DNA of 64,000 bases, from the NCBI GenBank assembly GCA_965112155.1, contig OZ218105.1; one strand, 5' to 3'. Below the pieces are notes generated by a model that saw nothing but the letters and a program-made list of their open reading frames with translations, made no database searches and was not told where the DNA came from. This document shows positions 23,915 through 37,849 of the stretch, one piece after another. The stretch is from Podarcis liolepis. Lineage: Eukaryota. Position 1 is the stretch's first letter; each line of letters starts with the position of its first letter. The position numbers were made by a program, and so were the translations under genes.

Positions 23915-26900
23915 GGTTAAAGGGTAGACTATAAATAAATAATAAATAAATAAATAAATAGCCAGGTTATCTAAAGCACATAGGTAGATAAAAAAATGTA
24001 TATAGATATAAATACATAAGTCTGAATATAAAAGTATGCTGCAGAAATATAATACAGCATAGGGCTTGAATCTAACTCTCATATATTACACATATGCATT
24101 GATCCTTTGCAAAATTAGTTGCACTTTAAAAAAAGCTTGTGTGTGTGTGTGTGTGTGTCAGACTGGTTTTGCCCCCTCTTTCAATGATGCCCCATATTAT
24201 TTTATACCATGGAACTCAATGACATAGTTCAGCAGTCACCGACATGGCACTCAGAAGCCCAAGTATCTTCAATGGTGACCACAAAAAAGCTCAGTAAATA
24301 TCCCCTCAAAAATCCACAGCGCACAAACCCCCTTAAACACTCCCACATTTTACTGGATGCCAGGACTTTACACCCAGTCTCTCTTCTGTTCTGAACAGAG
24401 GAAAGTCGCAAAGAGCATTTTCATCTCATATACACTATCCTAGGTTCTGTTTCTTTGTCACACTTCAGTGTGACAAACTGAGAGAACTTAGCAATGGGCT
24501 TATGTATATATTGATGGTTTTGAACATCTTAGAATTGATGTTCTATACTCTGAGACATTATCTGTCATGTAACAAAACAATATTATGTTGCATCTCTGTT
24601 GCGACAATGGAATTAATGGGGGTTGATATCTATTAATTTAACTGTAATACATGGCCTTGCTGCAAGGAATTTTATTTACATCCCTATTACAGTTTCTTCT
24701 GCATTAGCATGACTCACATCTATGCCATTTCCTAACAGCACTGTCTCTCAGCATAAATTAATGTATGATATCCTGTTCCATTCTGCAAACAAGATATGAA
24801 TTCAGAAAGATATGAATACAGCACTATAGATTTTTTTAAACATACTTTTTGCTTTACAAATGAAATAAAAGCATAATATGGTCTTAAATCAGCAATCAAT
24901 TTCAGCCTAGCAGTCTCTAGCCCGTAAAGATTATGAGATGGTACAAATAAAAAAGGTTCTGTTATATAAAAGCTTCCGAGATTAGATGTCATTTTGAGAA
25001 GACCCATACAATGATAATTTCAGAACCACTTGTTTTATTTAGTGGTTACATTTTCAACATTTTATGCATTAAAATCATATCACTTTTTATTGTCCAATTA
25101 TTCAAAGAAGTCGTTTCTTGGATTAACTATGTCACTTGTGTCATACACATGACCTTTAATATGGATAAGCTGAAATCACTCTGGTAATTTTTATTTCATT
25201 TATACTTGGGTTGAAAAACACCTCCTTTTGTTAATTTTCAGCACCCCTCTTGAGGGTCTTTCATTGTCCCTTTAAGGGAGATTGTGTTTTATTTAGTCTC
25301 AAATATTTCACTGCAATGTGTGAAAAGATACAGACCTCTCTGTTGAATAGCTGATGGAAACTGATGGAAATTAAGTACATAGGGTAGCCATCTCATGCAA
25401 TGAATAATGGACAGAAAACAAGGAAAACTCTCTGGGACGATGGGCACCATCATTTGAATTGCACTGGCGAATCAATGCACTGAGCACAACATTGGCTTTT
25501 GTAGCATTCCATGGAAAACACTGGGGAAACATGAGAAACTAGACTTTTGTTTGCGGTGGACCAATAACCATAGATGACTACGGAGTTATAGTCCACCCAG
25601 CAACATCAAGAAGGTACCACATTGTCTACCCCTACTTTAAGGCCAATAAAAGTGTGAGGCACATATCCCTTTTAGCTATTCCTGCCCCTTGTTATTTAAT
25701 TTCTATATAAATGATGTGATAGAGATTTTGAAATAAAGCTAAAACTGTGCTCCAAGTTAAGAAATTGTCCTCTGGCTACTTTTATTATATGTTGATGACT
25801 GCCTGCTGTTCTTTCTGCTAAGGTAAGTTTGGGGGGGGGGCGGACAGAATGTTACAGTGATCCAGTAGTTATTGTTGTGAAGACTTTCTGACCAGCAGTT
25901 GGATGGAAACAAGATATTCAGAATTTAATTCCCACCGTTTAAAAACAGCTGGACTTGTGAATGGTCACAAAGCAGATAAAATAATTTGTCTGTGCCTGGA
26001 CTTATCATAGTGCCTCTGTTGACTCTGTTAATAACCAAGATGATAAGAAAGAAAATACAAAACCAAGATTCACCAAAATCAGTGATGGAAAAGAAACTTG
26101 GAGCATCACTCCAATAGGCAAAAAGCTTTGCTCTAGTTTCTGTACAATTAGAGAAAGAAAGCTCTTAAGTCTGCCAGAAGCTGGGGGTTTTTTTGGGGGG
26201 TGTTACAAAATGATAGTAGAAAAGCAAGCCACAGTTGGTCAGATTATATGTTGTCGCCACAATTGATTTACTTTCAAAATTATGCCTGGAGGAAGAGTGT
26301 AGTAATCCTCAAGCCTTTCTGTGGCTAAAGTAAAGCATAATGATGTCTAATCAATTGGGTTTAAAGAGGAAAAGTTCTAATCCACATAGCAAAGAATTCA
26401 TCAAGGTTGGAAATATGGACACAGGATGAGCTTGCATCCCATTACTGCATCTAGGATTTCACTTTTTCTCCCCCCCCCCCTTTTTTTGCATTCAGTGGGG
26501 TCTTTTGTATTTCAGTGCTACCTGAGCCAAGTCTCTCTCTTTTTTCTCCAGAGTTAAGTCACCTTCAACGTGCTGAAAGTGCAGCAGTAGAGATCATTCA
26601 GTTTGTAATTCAAGGGTTAACTCTGTTGTCAGTTAAGTCAACAAGCCAAGAGGGGGCAGGTGCAGGTGTTGCAAAGCAACCAGGGAAGAGGGTATGATCT
26701 TTAGTGAAGCAGCACCCACTCTCATAGGCTATCTAGTCATGAGGAAGTTTTCTTGTAAATGTTAAGTTGAATCTAACCCTGGTCTTGACAAGGCCTGTCA
26801 AAGAGCCCCCTCCCATTTTTGTGTGTGTGTTTAAGTTGTATAATTCCCCCCCCCCCACTTTGTTCACTAAATTTTTATTAGGATGCTCTCTCTGGATTCT

Positions 26901-28067
26901 GTCTGTATTATTCAAATGCCTCTATTAACACACCAGGATCCAAACAAAAATGAAAATATGCTAGTTATTATCCAAGCTGGTTTGATGGTAACATCAGAAG
27001 GAAATGTCTTTATCCCTTTCCAAAATCATGTTGAAGATCCAACTTGTGGCATGCTTGAATGTGAACTGCATTCATTCTTGTTTTGTTTTGTTTTATAAGG
27101 ATCATTCCTCCTTTAAAGCACAGCTTATTTACCACTTTTCCATATACCAAGGAAATGATTTTTTTCCCCTATTAGGTAATAGATGTGCAATGATTGTCTA
27201 CTCTGTTGCTACTTTTGCTTACCTCGCTCATTCTTCTTGCTTGTAATGGAAAGAATATTGGGTGCAGTTTGTGGCTTGAAATCCTCCCATTTTTTGTAAT
27301 ACTGGCAGTTTTATCTTTGCTTGTTACATTGATTTTATGTTCAAGTTAATAGGGAAAGCTGAATAAACAATGACCAATTGATTGAGTCAAAGGAATATAA
27401 CACTGAATTTTATAAGCACATCCCCTTCAGACTTGAGGGTGCATATGTACACAAGGGGTCACCAGTCTGGTGCCCCTGGGCAGCATGGTTCCTGTGGTGC
27501 CGTGGGTAGGTGCCCCAGACTCTGACTTCCTTTCTTTTTAAACTGAGTCTCTATCCCTCCTAGAGAGTTAAAAGATAAGACCATTGCAAGTCACATGACA
27601 CTTGCAGCTCCTCCTTATCTGTAGCTGTGGAGAATGTCTGTGCCTGGTTCACAGTTACCTGTCCATTTGCTCATCCTGTCCCCACTATGAGCATCATGTG
27701 AGATGAGTTGAGGCAGTTTCCATGACAAGATTTGACTTCAATCAGTCTTCACTCCCTTTCTCTCTCAAAAAAAGAGAGAGAAGGAGATCATGTAAACTGG
27801 GGGAAATCACATCTAGTGTGGACCTCTACATGGAATGTCCACATCAAAAACTATTTTGTGTTTCAGAGAGGGGCACCCATCCACTACATATGCTCAAAAT
27901 TTGAATGTTTAGACAGGACCTTAGGGCCATAATATAAAAACAACATCATCCATCTGATTTCACACAGCAACTGTTTTCTAGACAATGCAAGATTCCCAGT
28001 ATTTCTCTGCTTAGTTATTTGTATCCTTTGTACTTCAAAAGAGTATGAGTTACTCCTGTGTCCAATT

Positions 28068-28450
28068 AGTAGTAGTAGTACTCACCCTTCACCAGCAGCT
28101 CCCAGGATATAACAAATTACTATTGCAGGAATAGGGCAGGCCATGAAAACACACATCTCAGATATCAAAGAGCAAACAAAGAGCTGCATCTTCAGCATTC
28201 ACCAAAAGCCATAAAGAATCTAGGGTATTCTACAGCTTAGGGACTGCCACAGAGAATGTTCTCATGCAGGCCACCATAACTGCCAAGCATCTAAGGGAGA
28301 TGGAATTACCAAGAGGCTAGAAGGGTCTGTTGGAAGGAGGCAGTCTTTCAGATATTTGGGGCCCGAGTAATTTAAGGCTTTGAACACTAACGTGAATACC
28401 TTGAATTAGGTCCAGAAATGAAATGGCAGGCAATGCAGCCCCTTTAGAAC
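28068..28450 (-). mobile_element. Old L2 LINE 3' fragment
   Basis: Minus strand encodes a decayed LHCLP...FKVFTLVFKALN.SGPKYLKD, matching the L2 ORF2 C-terminus at 38490-38600. Confidence 0.7.
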
Positions 28451-29604
28451 AGAGCCTGCAAATTATAACGTGTAAATGTAACAGAAGCATGATTAACGGC
28501 TAGAACCAGCACTTTTTTCTGGTGTTACTCAACAGTACGCAGTACTGGCACCTTTGCTTTCCTCTTCCAGATATTGCAATGACCCTCATGGTCCATTCCA
28601 ACTATGATTCGACTATTCCCTCCCACATCCCCTGTGCCCAGTTCCTAAGAATAGGCTGATTAGATGGAAATGGAAAGCATCAATGTTTTATCCCCTTGCC
28701 CTTCCCAGCCCTGCAACAGGGCAAGGCTTCAGAGGTGCCTACAGCACAGGCACATGGCTATCACACATGTGCACTGCCTTCCCAACCTTTGGCTACCACC
28801 ACCACTGGTGGGCAGGGCCTGAAGCTTTCGGTGGGCGTGGAAGGAGGGAAAAAGAAGAAGCCTGGCTAGAACACACAACAAGCTTCTTTCTTTGTACAAT
28901 CCCATCCCTGGATAATATAGAATTAAATGGATAAATCAGTACACTCATTCACTCTACGGTGCTTCTCATAAATCACAGTGGATCCAAAAAGTACTACTGT
29001 TTCCATAGAAACTTGGGGTAGGGATGTGTGCGCTGTTCATAGGAGTCAAAATGTGCTCCTCCAGGTGATCCTCTGTGCCAGAATCAAAGTCACATGGAGT
29101 AAGGAGGACCTTGTTTTTTTGATGCGCCAAGCATCTCCCTGGCTTGTGGCCACTTCCAGGACAAACACATAAATGGGAGCTCTGTATGACTTCTGCCACA
29201 GACGTGAGATGCATGAGAGCTCAGTGGAAGTGTTTTGCTCATACCACAGTCTAGTCACAGTCTTTGAGGTCAGAAAGGAATTAAGTCAGAATTACAGAGG
29301 GATCTGAGGGATTACATGTGGAGGGGTTCATCTGGGAAACACAGACCTGGTATTACTTTGTGTTTCTATCTCATTTTATACATAATACCTATTTAAGACC
29401 ATGTGTGAAATAATATCACACCATGTTGATGCACATCAACTCCCAACAGTTAATGATGTGAGATAATATATACATACCCAAATAATTTACAAGCATTCTG
29501 TAAAAATCTGTTTGTGCTTTTACTATGGGTAGTATTCAACTAAGTTTTTCTCAGAAGAGGCCCGTTGAAATTAATTAATGTAACTTAGTCATGTTCACCA
29601 ATGT

Positions 29605-29871
29605 AGATGGCTTTTTTTAAAGAACTGGATAAATTCATGGAGAAGAAGGCTATCAATAGCTATTAGCCATGATGACTATGATCTGCCTCCACAGTTGGAG
29701 GTGTCAATGCTTCAGAATGCCACTTACTGAAAGCCATTGGAGGGTTAGAGTGACCTTGTGCTTAAATCTTGCCTCTGGGTTTCCTACAGGCATCTGGTCA
29801 TGTGCTGTGAGAACAGGATACTGGACTAGATGGGCCATTGGCCTCATCCAGCAGGCTGCTTAATGTTCTTA
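29605..29871 (+). mobile_element. Older CR1 3' end
   Basis: gatggcttt...ctggataaattcatggag...ggactagatgggccattggcct...tgttctta tail. Confidence 0.7.
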
Positions 29872-30000
29872 ATTAATTAAATCAATTAACACCTAAAACA
29901 AATTCGTTTCACTACATAGCAACATAATTTTATGTTTAGGGTCTTGGTCCATTTTTTCTTCACTTGCATGTGTGTGTGTTTTTTAAATAAGAAAACCCAG

Positions 30001-30006
30001 TTTAAT
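30001..30006 (-). promoter_or_regulatory. Possible CNBD1 polyadenylation signal (ATTAAA)
   Basis: First AWTAAA-type hexamer I found on the minus strand after the stop (about 360 nt 3' UTR). No other support. Confidence 0.3.
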
Positions 30007-30365
30007 TAAATATGGAGAACGCTGATCCAGAAAGCTGTTGACCCTGATATTTTCCATAGGCTTTTTCAGGCTAACTAAATTATTCTAAATGGAATAACCT
30101 TTCCTACTACTACTATTATTATTAAAAATGAACTGAAATAGGAACATTAAATGGTTTTATAATACAGGAATCAAGAGGAGCTGGACAAAGGAAAGGATAC
30201 CACAAAGAAATGAATTACAGTGGCACACTGGGCTATTGACAGTAGTGAATGGGAAACAGAAGTAATTTTGAAAAAAGCCACAAGGACAACAGAAGAGTGG
30301 GGGGAGGAAATAAGCAATGGCTAAACTGTTTGTTTACACTGAATATCCATGTTGTTTTACAGAAA

Positions 30366-30500
30366 TCATCTATAGGTAGAAACGTGGGCATCCTCTTGAT
30401 TCTTTTTCTCACCCCAGTTGGAAATCAGATGTTTGTGGATCCATTTTCCAACACCAGGACAAATGCCATTATAGAACAATGCATCCTTCAATATGATATC
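30366..30500 (-). CDS. CNBD1: CNBD1 terminal coding exon, DIILKDALFYNGICPGVGKWIHKHLISNWGEKKNQEDAHVSTYR*
   Basis: Acceptor tttttctccctattatcag|GAT, phase 0, TGA stop at 30366-30368. The YNGIxPGxGKW motif resembles CNBD1 C-termini as recalled. Confidence 0.82.
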   Translation of the reverse strand, partial: DIILKDALFYNGICPGVGKWIHKHLISNWGEKKNQEDAHVSTYR

Positions 30501-30780
30501 CTGATAATAGGGAGAAAAATATTGGATATTAAAACCTAACAACCAGTACTTCAATATCTAGTAAGCAATCATAATATAGGCTACTCACAGGAAGGTTCCA
30601 GTAACTCCATTCACTTCAGTAAGCAAGAAACAGCATTTATTGATTCATATTGTTTAAACAGTGGACTGTAACTGATGGAAATTATTTAACCTTAAAAAAA
30701 CCCCAGTGCCCTATTAGGAGTAATCAAAGCAATGTTTTCCTTCCCAAGCCTGTTCAAAATGTTCTCCATTATTTTATTAC

Positions 30781-30840
30781 CTTTGTATGCTCCCATTCCT
30801 TTTCTGTCTCTTTTCTAATATATTTAAACTTGAGATCATC
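30781..30840 (-). CDS. CNBD1: CNBD1 coding exon (60 nt, phase 0 to 0), DDLKFKYIRKETEKEWEHTK
   Basis: Acceptor ttctctctttctttgcag, donor AAG|gtaata, 20 open codons in frame with the flanking exons. Confidence 0.85.
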
Positions 30841-31184
30841 CTGCAAAGAAAGAGAGAACAATGGTGAATAGTTTAAACCCAATGTTTTTTCAATTATCTA
30901 GCCTTTGGTGGCCTAACTTCAAGAACTACCTAATTTTATAATCCCTCCAAGACTTCATGATTTAATTTATATGATTTTACATAAAATACCTCATTTCTAA
31001 ACAACATGTCATGGAATATTATCACTGCAGGACATATTAGAATTCAATAACTGTTCTCAAATAAGAAGAATAGCGTTCCCTGCATAAGGAGGTTACTATC
31101 AAAACACTGGCATATGTTTCTCTCAGAACCACCCAGCTTTTTTGAACAACTGTCTCTTTCACTCAGTCAGATATGCATATATAC

Positions 31185-31215
<31 letters not shown>

Positions 31216-31996
31216 TATACCAAGTTGGTTTTCATTTGTAGAAGGCAAAGGCCCTGTACTAAGATACACAAATGAAAACTGCATGTAACTAATGAATACG
31301 TTAATTGTAGCCCTAAATTAAACATTTTTCTTACTAACGCTCCTCAAACTCTATAGACCAGATTGTACTTTAGGAAGAGCTTTTAAAACAAATAAAGTAC
31401 TCTCAGTTTTGACGACCATGAATGGACAAAAGGGCAGCTTGTTGCAACTGATCTGATTAAAGGTGCAGTAAGTAAGGTATATATCATTGTTGTAAGGAAA
31501 CACCTGGGACCAATTCTTGAGCTAGTACGCAGCATAAAGCAATATACCTATTTAAGGGATATTTGCAGGAACCAAAAGGGATATAAGTTTTATTCCACAA
31601 AACACTTCTTGGGGGAAGCCTACATAAAATCCAGCTATTACACCTCCTGTGTTCAGCTCCTGGATAAGTGCCTTGACCCACAACGGAAACAAGAAAATGC
31701 ACACAACCTGCGGACTGCCACACAATGTGATCCCCGTTGCTACGAAACTAATAATGGCTGGGAGTCAGAAAGTGACAAGTGAGGAGAGATGGAAGTAGGA
31801 GAAAGCAGAGACTTGCAGGGTCAATCACTTTAGAAGCAGCCATTTAAATTCAATAAAAGACAGCATTCCAGAATAAACAAAGGAAAATCCTGTGAGTTCA
31901 CTTGGAGCAGAATTATGCAAATTAAGACCATTCGTGCAAAACATTCAGATGTTTCCCACACATTGAAACTCAGTTCCCCAAACTGAAGTTATAGTG

Positions 31997-32037
<41 letters not shown>

Positions 32038-32719
32038 CCTGAAACATAATATTAGCAAACCCAATTCAATGAAAATTGGGCAATAGGGTCTCATCATCTA
32101 AGGAAGGCAAGGGTGTGTGACATCCTAGAAATGAGAATCTCTAACTGCCACCCTACCAATAGTACTTAACTGCAGGATTGCAACAGAGAATCATCTTAAT
32201 CGAGCAGAGGCAATATGTATGCAGAAACATAAATCTCTATGAGATCACAAAGCTTTTCACCAGGAACTTGAAAGCACAACTGGGGACACCTGGAATTATG
32301 TGTGAGCAGCACAGCAGCATACCATATCAGCTCAGAGTAAGATGAACTGTTCTCCAATTGGAGAGAGCCAATCTGATTCATATCTGAGCTCATCCAATTA
32401 AGATAGTTTCATATATGTTCAAATGAAAGTAACTTCTGCTCAAGCACTGGGGAGGATAAACGTGCCAACAGTGAAGGGGGGGTGCAAAGATAAGGGGAGA
32501 ACAAAATGGCCATTAGTTGCTGGAGGGACTAGTAGCACACCTTGCTATAATACAGGGATAGCTGACATGGCACCTTCTAGATGTTGCTGAACTCCAACTC
32601 CCATCAGTTGCAGCCAGTATGATCAGGGATGGTGGGAACTGTAGTCCAACAACATCTAGAGATCACCATGTTGACCACTTTAAAAGTCACATCAGCAGCA
32701 CAGACAAATGTCAACAATA

Positions 32720-32955
32720 CAGTCATACCTTGGGTTACAGACGCTTCAGGTTACGTTTTTTCAGGTTACAGACCCGCCGAAACCCGGAAATACCGGAACA
32801 GGTTACTTCCGGGTTTCGGCAGTTGTGCAAGCACAGAAGCACCAAATTGCGCTTTGTGCATGCGCGAAGTGCAACCCGCGCATGCGCACATGAATCGCTG
32901 TGAGTTGCAAATGTGCATCCCACATAGATCACATTCGCAACCCGAGCATCCACTG
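32720..32955. mobile_element. TcMar/Tigger-like MITE
   Basis: TA|CAGTCATACCTTGGGTTAC ... GCAACCCGAGCATCCACTG|TA. Confidence 0.8.
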
Positions 32956-32984
32956 TAGTTCTGTTTTATGTATCAAGAAAAGTA

Positions 32985-33974
32985 CTGTATTTTTCCATGT
33001 ATAAGACAACCCCATGTATAAGACGACCCCTATTTTTTTAAAACCCAAAATTAAGAAAATGAAAGCCTAAAATAGAAAGCAAAATCTGGATGATTGGTGG
33101 TAGCAAGTTGTTGATCTTTTGGGGAGCGATCGCCCTCAAAGTTTCCAGCATGAGGTGCATGCAGTGCACCGTGGTGCAGAAGCAAAGGTAGCGGCTGAGG
33201 CACCACATGCTCCCCCTCAGTGGCAGCTGCTGCTGCGGGAAAGTGAGGGGAAGCAGGCTCCCAAGCAGGATACTAAGGAAGAGAGCCAGGGGAAGGCAGA
33301 ACCCACTCTGCGCTGGGCCATGCTGTCGAGCAAACTAAGCTGAGGAAGGTGGTGAGCAGGCTGGGAGCAGGGTGGGAGTTTGAGAGGGGAAGAGGGGGGC
33401 AAGGGAAGAAGAGCAAGGAGAGGTAGCTGAGGCCGCTCTCAGCAGTGGCAGTGGCAGCTGCTCTCGATCTGGTGGTCAAGCCAGTGGGGGCTTCAGGAGG
33501 TGAGCCAGTCGCCAGCATGCAGCCCGGAAGGGGAGGAGAAAGGGGGGACAGCAGGAGGGACCACCTCAGCCTGCCCAAGCCAAAATCCCAGACATATGCT
33601 TAAATATTTAAAAAATTCCCCCAGATGCCCATGTTCCGTGTACAAGACGTCCCCCAATTTTTTACTACTACTACTACTAATAATAATAATAATAATTTAT
33701 TATTTATACCCCGCCCATCTGGCTGGGCCTCCCCAGCCACTATGGGCGGCTTCCATAAAAACCAAAAATACAGCAAAATATCACACGTTAAAAACTTCCC
33801 TGAACAGGGCTGCCTTAAGATGTCTTCTGAATGTCAGGTAGTTGTTTATCGCTCTGACATCTGCTGGAAGGGCATTCCACAGGGCGGGCGCCACTACCGA
33901 GAAGGCCCTCTGCCTGGTTCCCTGTACTATTTTTTTTAAGCAAAAAACCTCATCTTATACACGGAAAAACACAG
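32985..33974. mobile_element. TcMar (Tc2/pogo-like) non-autonomous element with GC-rich interior and nested L2
   Basis: TA|CTGTATTTTTCCATGTATAAGAC ... TCTTATACACGGAAAAACACAG|TA; repeated GTATAAGAC motifs. Confidence 0.8.
33663..33924 (-). mobile_element. Young L2 3' end inserted into the TcMar element
   Basis: Reverse complement of the 38680-38900 tail, with a (TAA/TAC)n tail. Confidence 0.88.
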
Positions 33975-34008
33975 TATATGCTAGTTAGAAAGGCATTCAT
34001 TATCTAAG

Positions 34009-34396
34009 GGGTTGCGGGTGACGCTGTGGTCTAAACCACTGAGCCTCTTGGGATTGCTGATCAGTAGGTTGGCGGTTTGAATCCCTGCGACAGGGTGAGT
34101 TCCTGTTGCACTGTCCCAGCTCCTGCCAACCTAGCAGTTCAAAAGCACACCAGTGCAAGTAGATAAATAGGTACTGCTGCGGTAGGAAGGTAAATGGTGT
34201 TTCTGTGTGCTCTGGTTTCCATCACGGTGTTCCGTTGCACCAGAGGTGGTTTAGTCATGATCGCCACATGACCTGAAAAGCTGTCTGTGGATAAATGCCG
34301 GCTCCCTAAGCCTGAAAGCGAGAAGAGCGCTGCAACCTCATAGGCACCTTTGACTGGACTTAACCGTCCAGGGGTCCTTTACCTTTTTTACCTTTA
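34009..34396 (+). mobile_element. Sauria SINE
   Basis: Head gggttgcgggtgacgctgtggtctaaacc, ACCTTT tail, 11-bp TSD CATTATCTAAG. Confidence 0.92.
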
Positions 34397-36839
34397 CATT
34401 ATCTAAGCTTACACAGACAAATCAGAAAAAGTTATTGGATCATGAAATCATAGATTCATAAGGGCTGGAAAGGACCAAAGGACTATTGAGTCTGACCTTC
34501 TGTTGTGTAGAAGGACTATCCATCCCCTTGGCACCACAATTAAACATTAACAACCCAGACTGCATGAACACTACCCAAAGCTGTTCAAAGTGGTGCTCAG
34601 ACATTCTCAAGAAACTAGTCTAGTATACCTTGTGGGTGTCACAAGGAGTACAGAATTGGATTATTTGTGGGAAATTGCATATGAATTAAAAGAAAGCATG
34701 TTACCTTTAAGAGAATAATAGTCAATATTTTCTCATTAGAAAGTTAGCATAACCTGTCCACCATTTCTGCTCTGCATATATATATGACCCAGAATGAGGG
34801 TGGATGACTCGGAAGATATTATGCTCTTCCCATAAATTGCTATTTAACCAAAAATTATCCAAGATTAATAAGCACACAGTTTTCCCTCCAGCATTCATAA
34901 AACTAATGAGGAATATTGAGTGCAAGGTAGGGAATATTAATTCTAAGGGTTTAAAAAATAATAATTCCACATTAAAATGATGTTAATGGAAATATATATC
35001 AAAACCCCAATGGGAAAATTAAAATGCCACCAGCCCGAGAAAATTACGGTGCCATCAGCAGTCATCTCAAGTCATTTAACAACGCTATTTAAGAAGTTCC
35101 TAGTGGTCACAAAGGAACTGTCAATCGCTGGAAACAATTCCAAATCAGCTGTGGAATTCTAAAAGATGGAAAACAATACAACACAAATGCAACGTAATAA
35201 TAATAGAAAGCCACACAAGTTAGCTCAATGTTTTATATTAAGGGTTGTTGTTTTTCTAAACCATCTAAATAACAATTGTGACCTGATAAATTCCTTCACC
35301 TTTGCCACCTGAGATAAATATGTTTAGGACCCACCCTGTATTTTATGATGGCAAGTTGTTTTAAACTGTGTTTAATGTTAGATTTTACATTGTTGTAACC
35401 CATCCTGGGACCTTAGGGTAAACAGTAGGGATATAATAATTATTATTTTCAAAGAGACAACTGTCACAATCCAAAGAATGCTAATGTGATTCTTCTTGTG
35501 AGCTAGAGTTTCTGGGTTTTATTTTCCAACTACATGCCTCCCAATGACCCCAGGAAAAAAAAATGGGACAATCAATTTTTCTGTGAGATCTCAGAGGCCA
35601 TTTTGGGTGCCGCATTCTCGTGAGCTCTCTCACTGTGCTCTTGCTCCCCCAAAAAGTACTTTTTCAGGGCTTTTTGGTTTAATGACTTAAGGGAAAAGTG
35701 ACTCTTCTCAATTTTAATCCATGTGTTTATGTACATTTTAAATCATTACAATTTGTGTGTGTACATAAACCTACAATCTGCAATTATTACATTCATCTGT
35801 ATTTTCCCCTGATTATTACATTCTAATTATATGTTGTGAGCAGGATTTATTTATATTGGATAGCAAAAATGAGCAAATTGATTGTATTATACAAAGAACT
35901 GCAATATGTCTTATCTGTGCCATAAAATTACACTAGATATATGGCATGTTTAGGCAACAATATGTACCTTTCTGTAAAGGCTTCAGTAAAGTGCCATAAT
36001 ATTCTGTATTCTGAATTTTGTCACATTTACAGCCCATATGAATATAACCAACCCAAAATTATCTCATGACGCAAATTTATAGGCAGATTACTTGTAATCA
36101 TTTTCCTCCCTGTTCATTTCAAATCTGGATTTCAAAACATCATGATTCCCCAGCTACAGAGATACTGGTCCCTTAGAGAAGCAGCTTAATTTACTATGTA
36201 CACAAATTATGCAGCACCCAAAGCCACCTAAGGATGGTCATAGGAAAAGAATTTCTAGATCTGGCCACTCCTTAGCTCTTCAGAAACATCTGTGATTGTG
36301 AGCAGGGAGATTTTTATTAAATGTATTATTCTTATTTAGGATGGATTCCAAAAGATTGAAATAGATGTTATGAGATCACTGGAAGCCTATTAAGCTTTTC
36401 GGGTGGGAGCAGGGATACTGTGTTAATCTGAGGGCATGTTAGTCGTGCAAATGTTAACTGCTAGAATGCTAGCTTTACACAGGTAATCAGTGATATACTG
36501 TAGCCAACTTTCATTTTTCCTGGACGAATCTCAGCAACTTGCAATGCTCACAGTCAAATACAATATGAGCACTGTGGCCCCAAAAGTTGCTTACTGGCTT
36601 GGATTTTAAACCAAGACAGAGAAGGGAAAGCAAAGCCCTTAAATAAATGAATGTTAATTCCAGGGAATGACATTCAGATTTTAAATTGCCCTGGATCACT
36701 GCTGTATTTACTGTTGATTTTTGTTGATATTTTAATATTTTAAATTTCTTTAAATCAATGTTTTTGTTGTTGTTGTTTTGCACCATCTTGGAATGTGAAT
36801 AAATCTTTAAATAAAGCAATTAAATATACAGTATATAAT

Positions 36840-37285
36840 ATATACTGCATCACGGTGTGGTACACTGGTTTGACATCAACTGCTAGGAAGTGCCTACAGA
36901 GGGTGGTGAATACAGCACAAGATATTATGGGCTGTCCCGTGAATCCGCTGGATGAAATAGCGGAATAGCGTTGCCTCAGGAGAGTGAGGAAAAATTCTCA
37001 GGGATGATTCACACCCTGGCTGGCACTTTCTTGATCTCCTGCTCTCAGGCAGAAGATATAGAAGCATGATTAGTCACACCAACAGGGTAAAGAACAGCTT
37101 CTATCCGTGGGCTGTTAAGCTGCTGAATGAAAATATAACAACAGGGCAAGTGACTTTTGGGTTTGGTGGGTGTGCGTCAGTAAATGAGGGGAATTAAGAC
37201 TAAGAGAGCTGACTGGGGGGTGCTCGTGTAATCTCAATGTATACAAGTTGTACAAGTGACAACAAAGTATTTCAATTTCAATTCA
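36840..37285 (+). mobile_element. Rex1/Babar-type LINE 3' fragment (disrupted)
   Basis: YCITVWY...LQRVVNTAQDIMG...DDSHPG..LLLSGRRYRS....NRVKNSFYPWAVKLLN with a stop and a frameshift; short (TTCAA) tail. Confidence 0.85.
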
Positions 37286-37849
37286 ATAAGTCGTTGCTCC
37301 TCCAATTACTCACACATTGGCCTTCAAGCCACCTGTCCCCCACCACCTTAAATTCCTTGCTATGCTGGTGATGGTACGGGTGGGACAGAAGCAGGTAGGT
37401 GCCTGAAGTCAGTAAGACTTCTTCAAACTTCCTCAAACCTGGAGTTGACCTGTATCTCCCTTCCTTCAAATGTGAAATGAGCATCTTTCTCCTCAGTTCC
37501 ATCTGACCAGTTTTCAGCAGGGGTTGGCTCCACACAGGAATCCAGTTGGGAGCTCCCAGGTAGAGTCATTCCCAGCAGGACTTGCATTTGGCCTCAAATT
37601 AAAAACATGTCTAATACAAGTCCCAGGGAACAATCCGGAATGTTCTTTAAGGTTCCCAGTTGTTCCTTTGAAACTGCAGGGACATTCCAGTACACATCAG
37701 GAAGTGTCCTCTGCATTTGATATCACCACACACATATATCATATGAACATGGGCATCTGTCACCTTGAGCCAATTACAAGCTCTTTGCCTATGTCACAGG
37801 ATTGTTGTAAGGAAAAGGGGAAAAGTGCAACTGTTGTAAACAAAAACAC

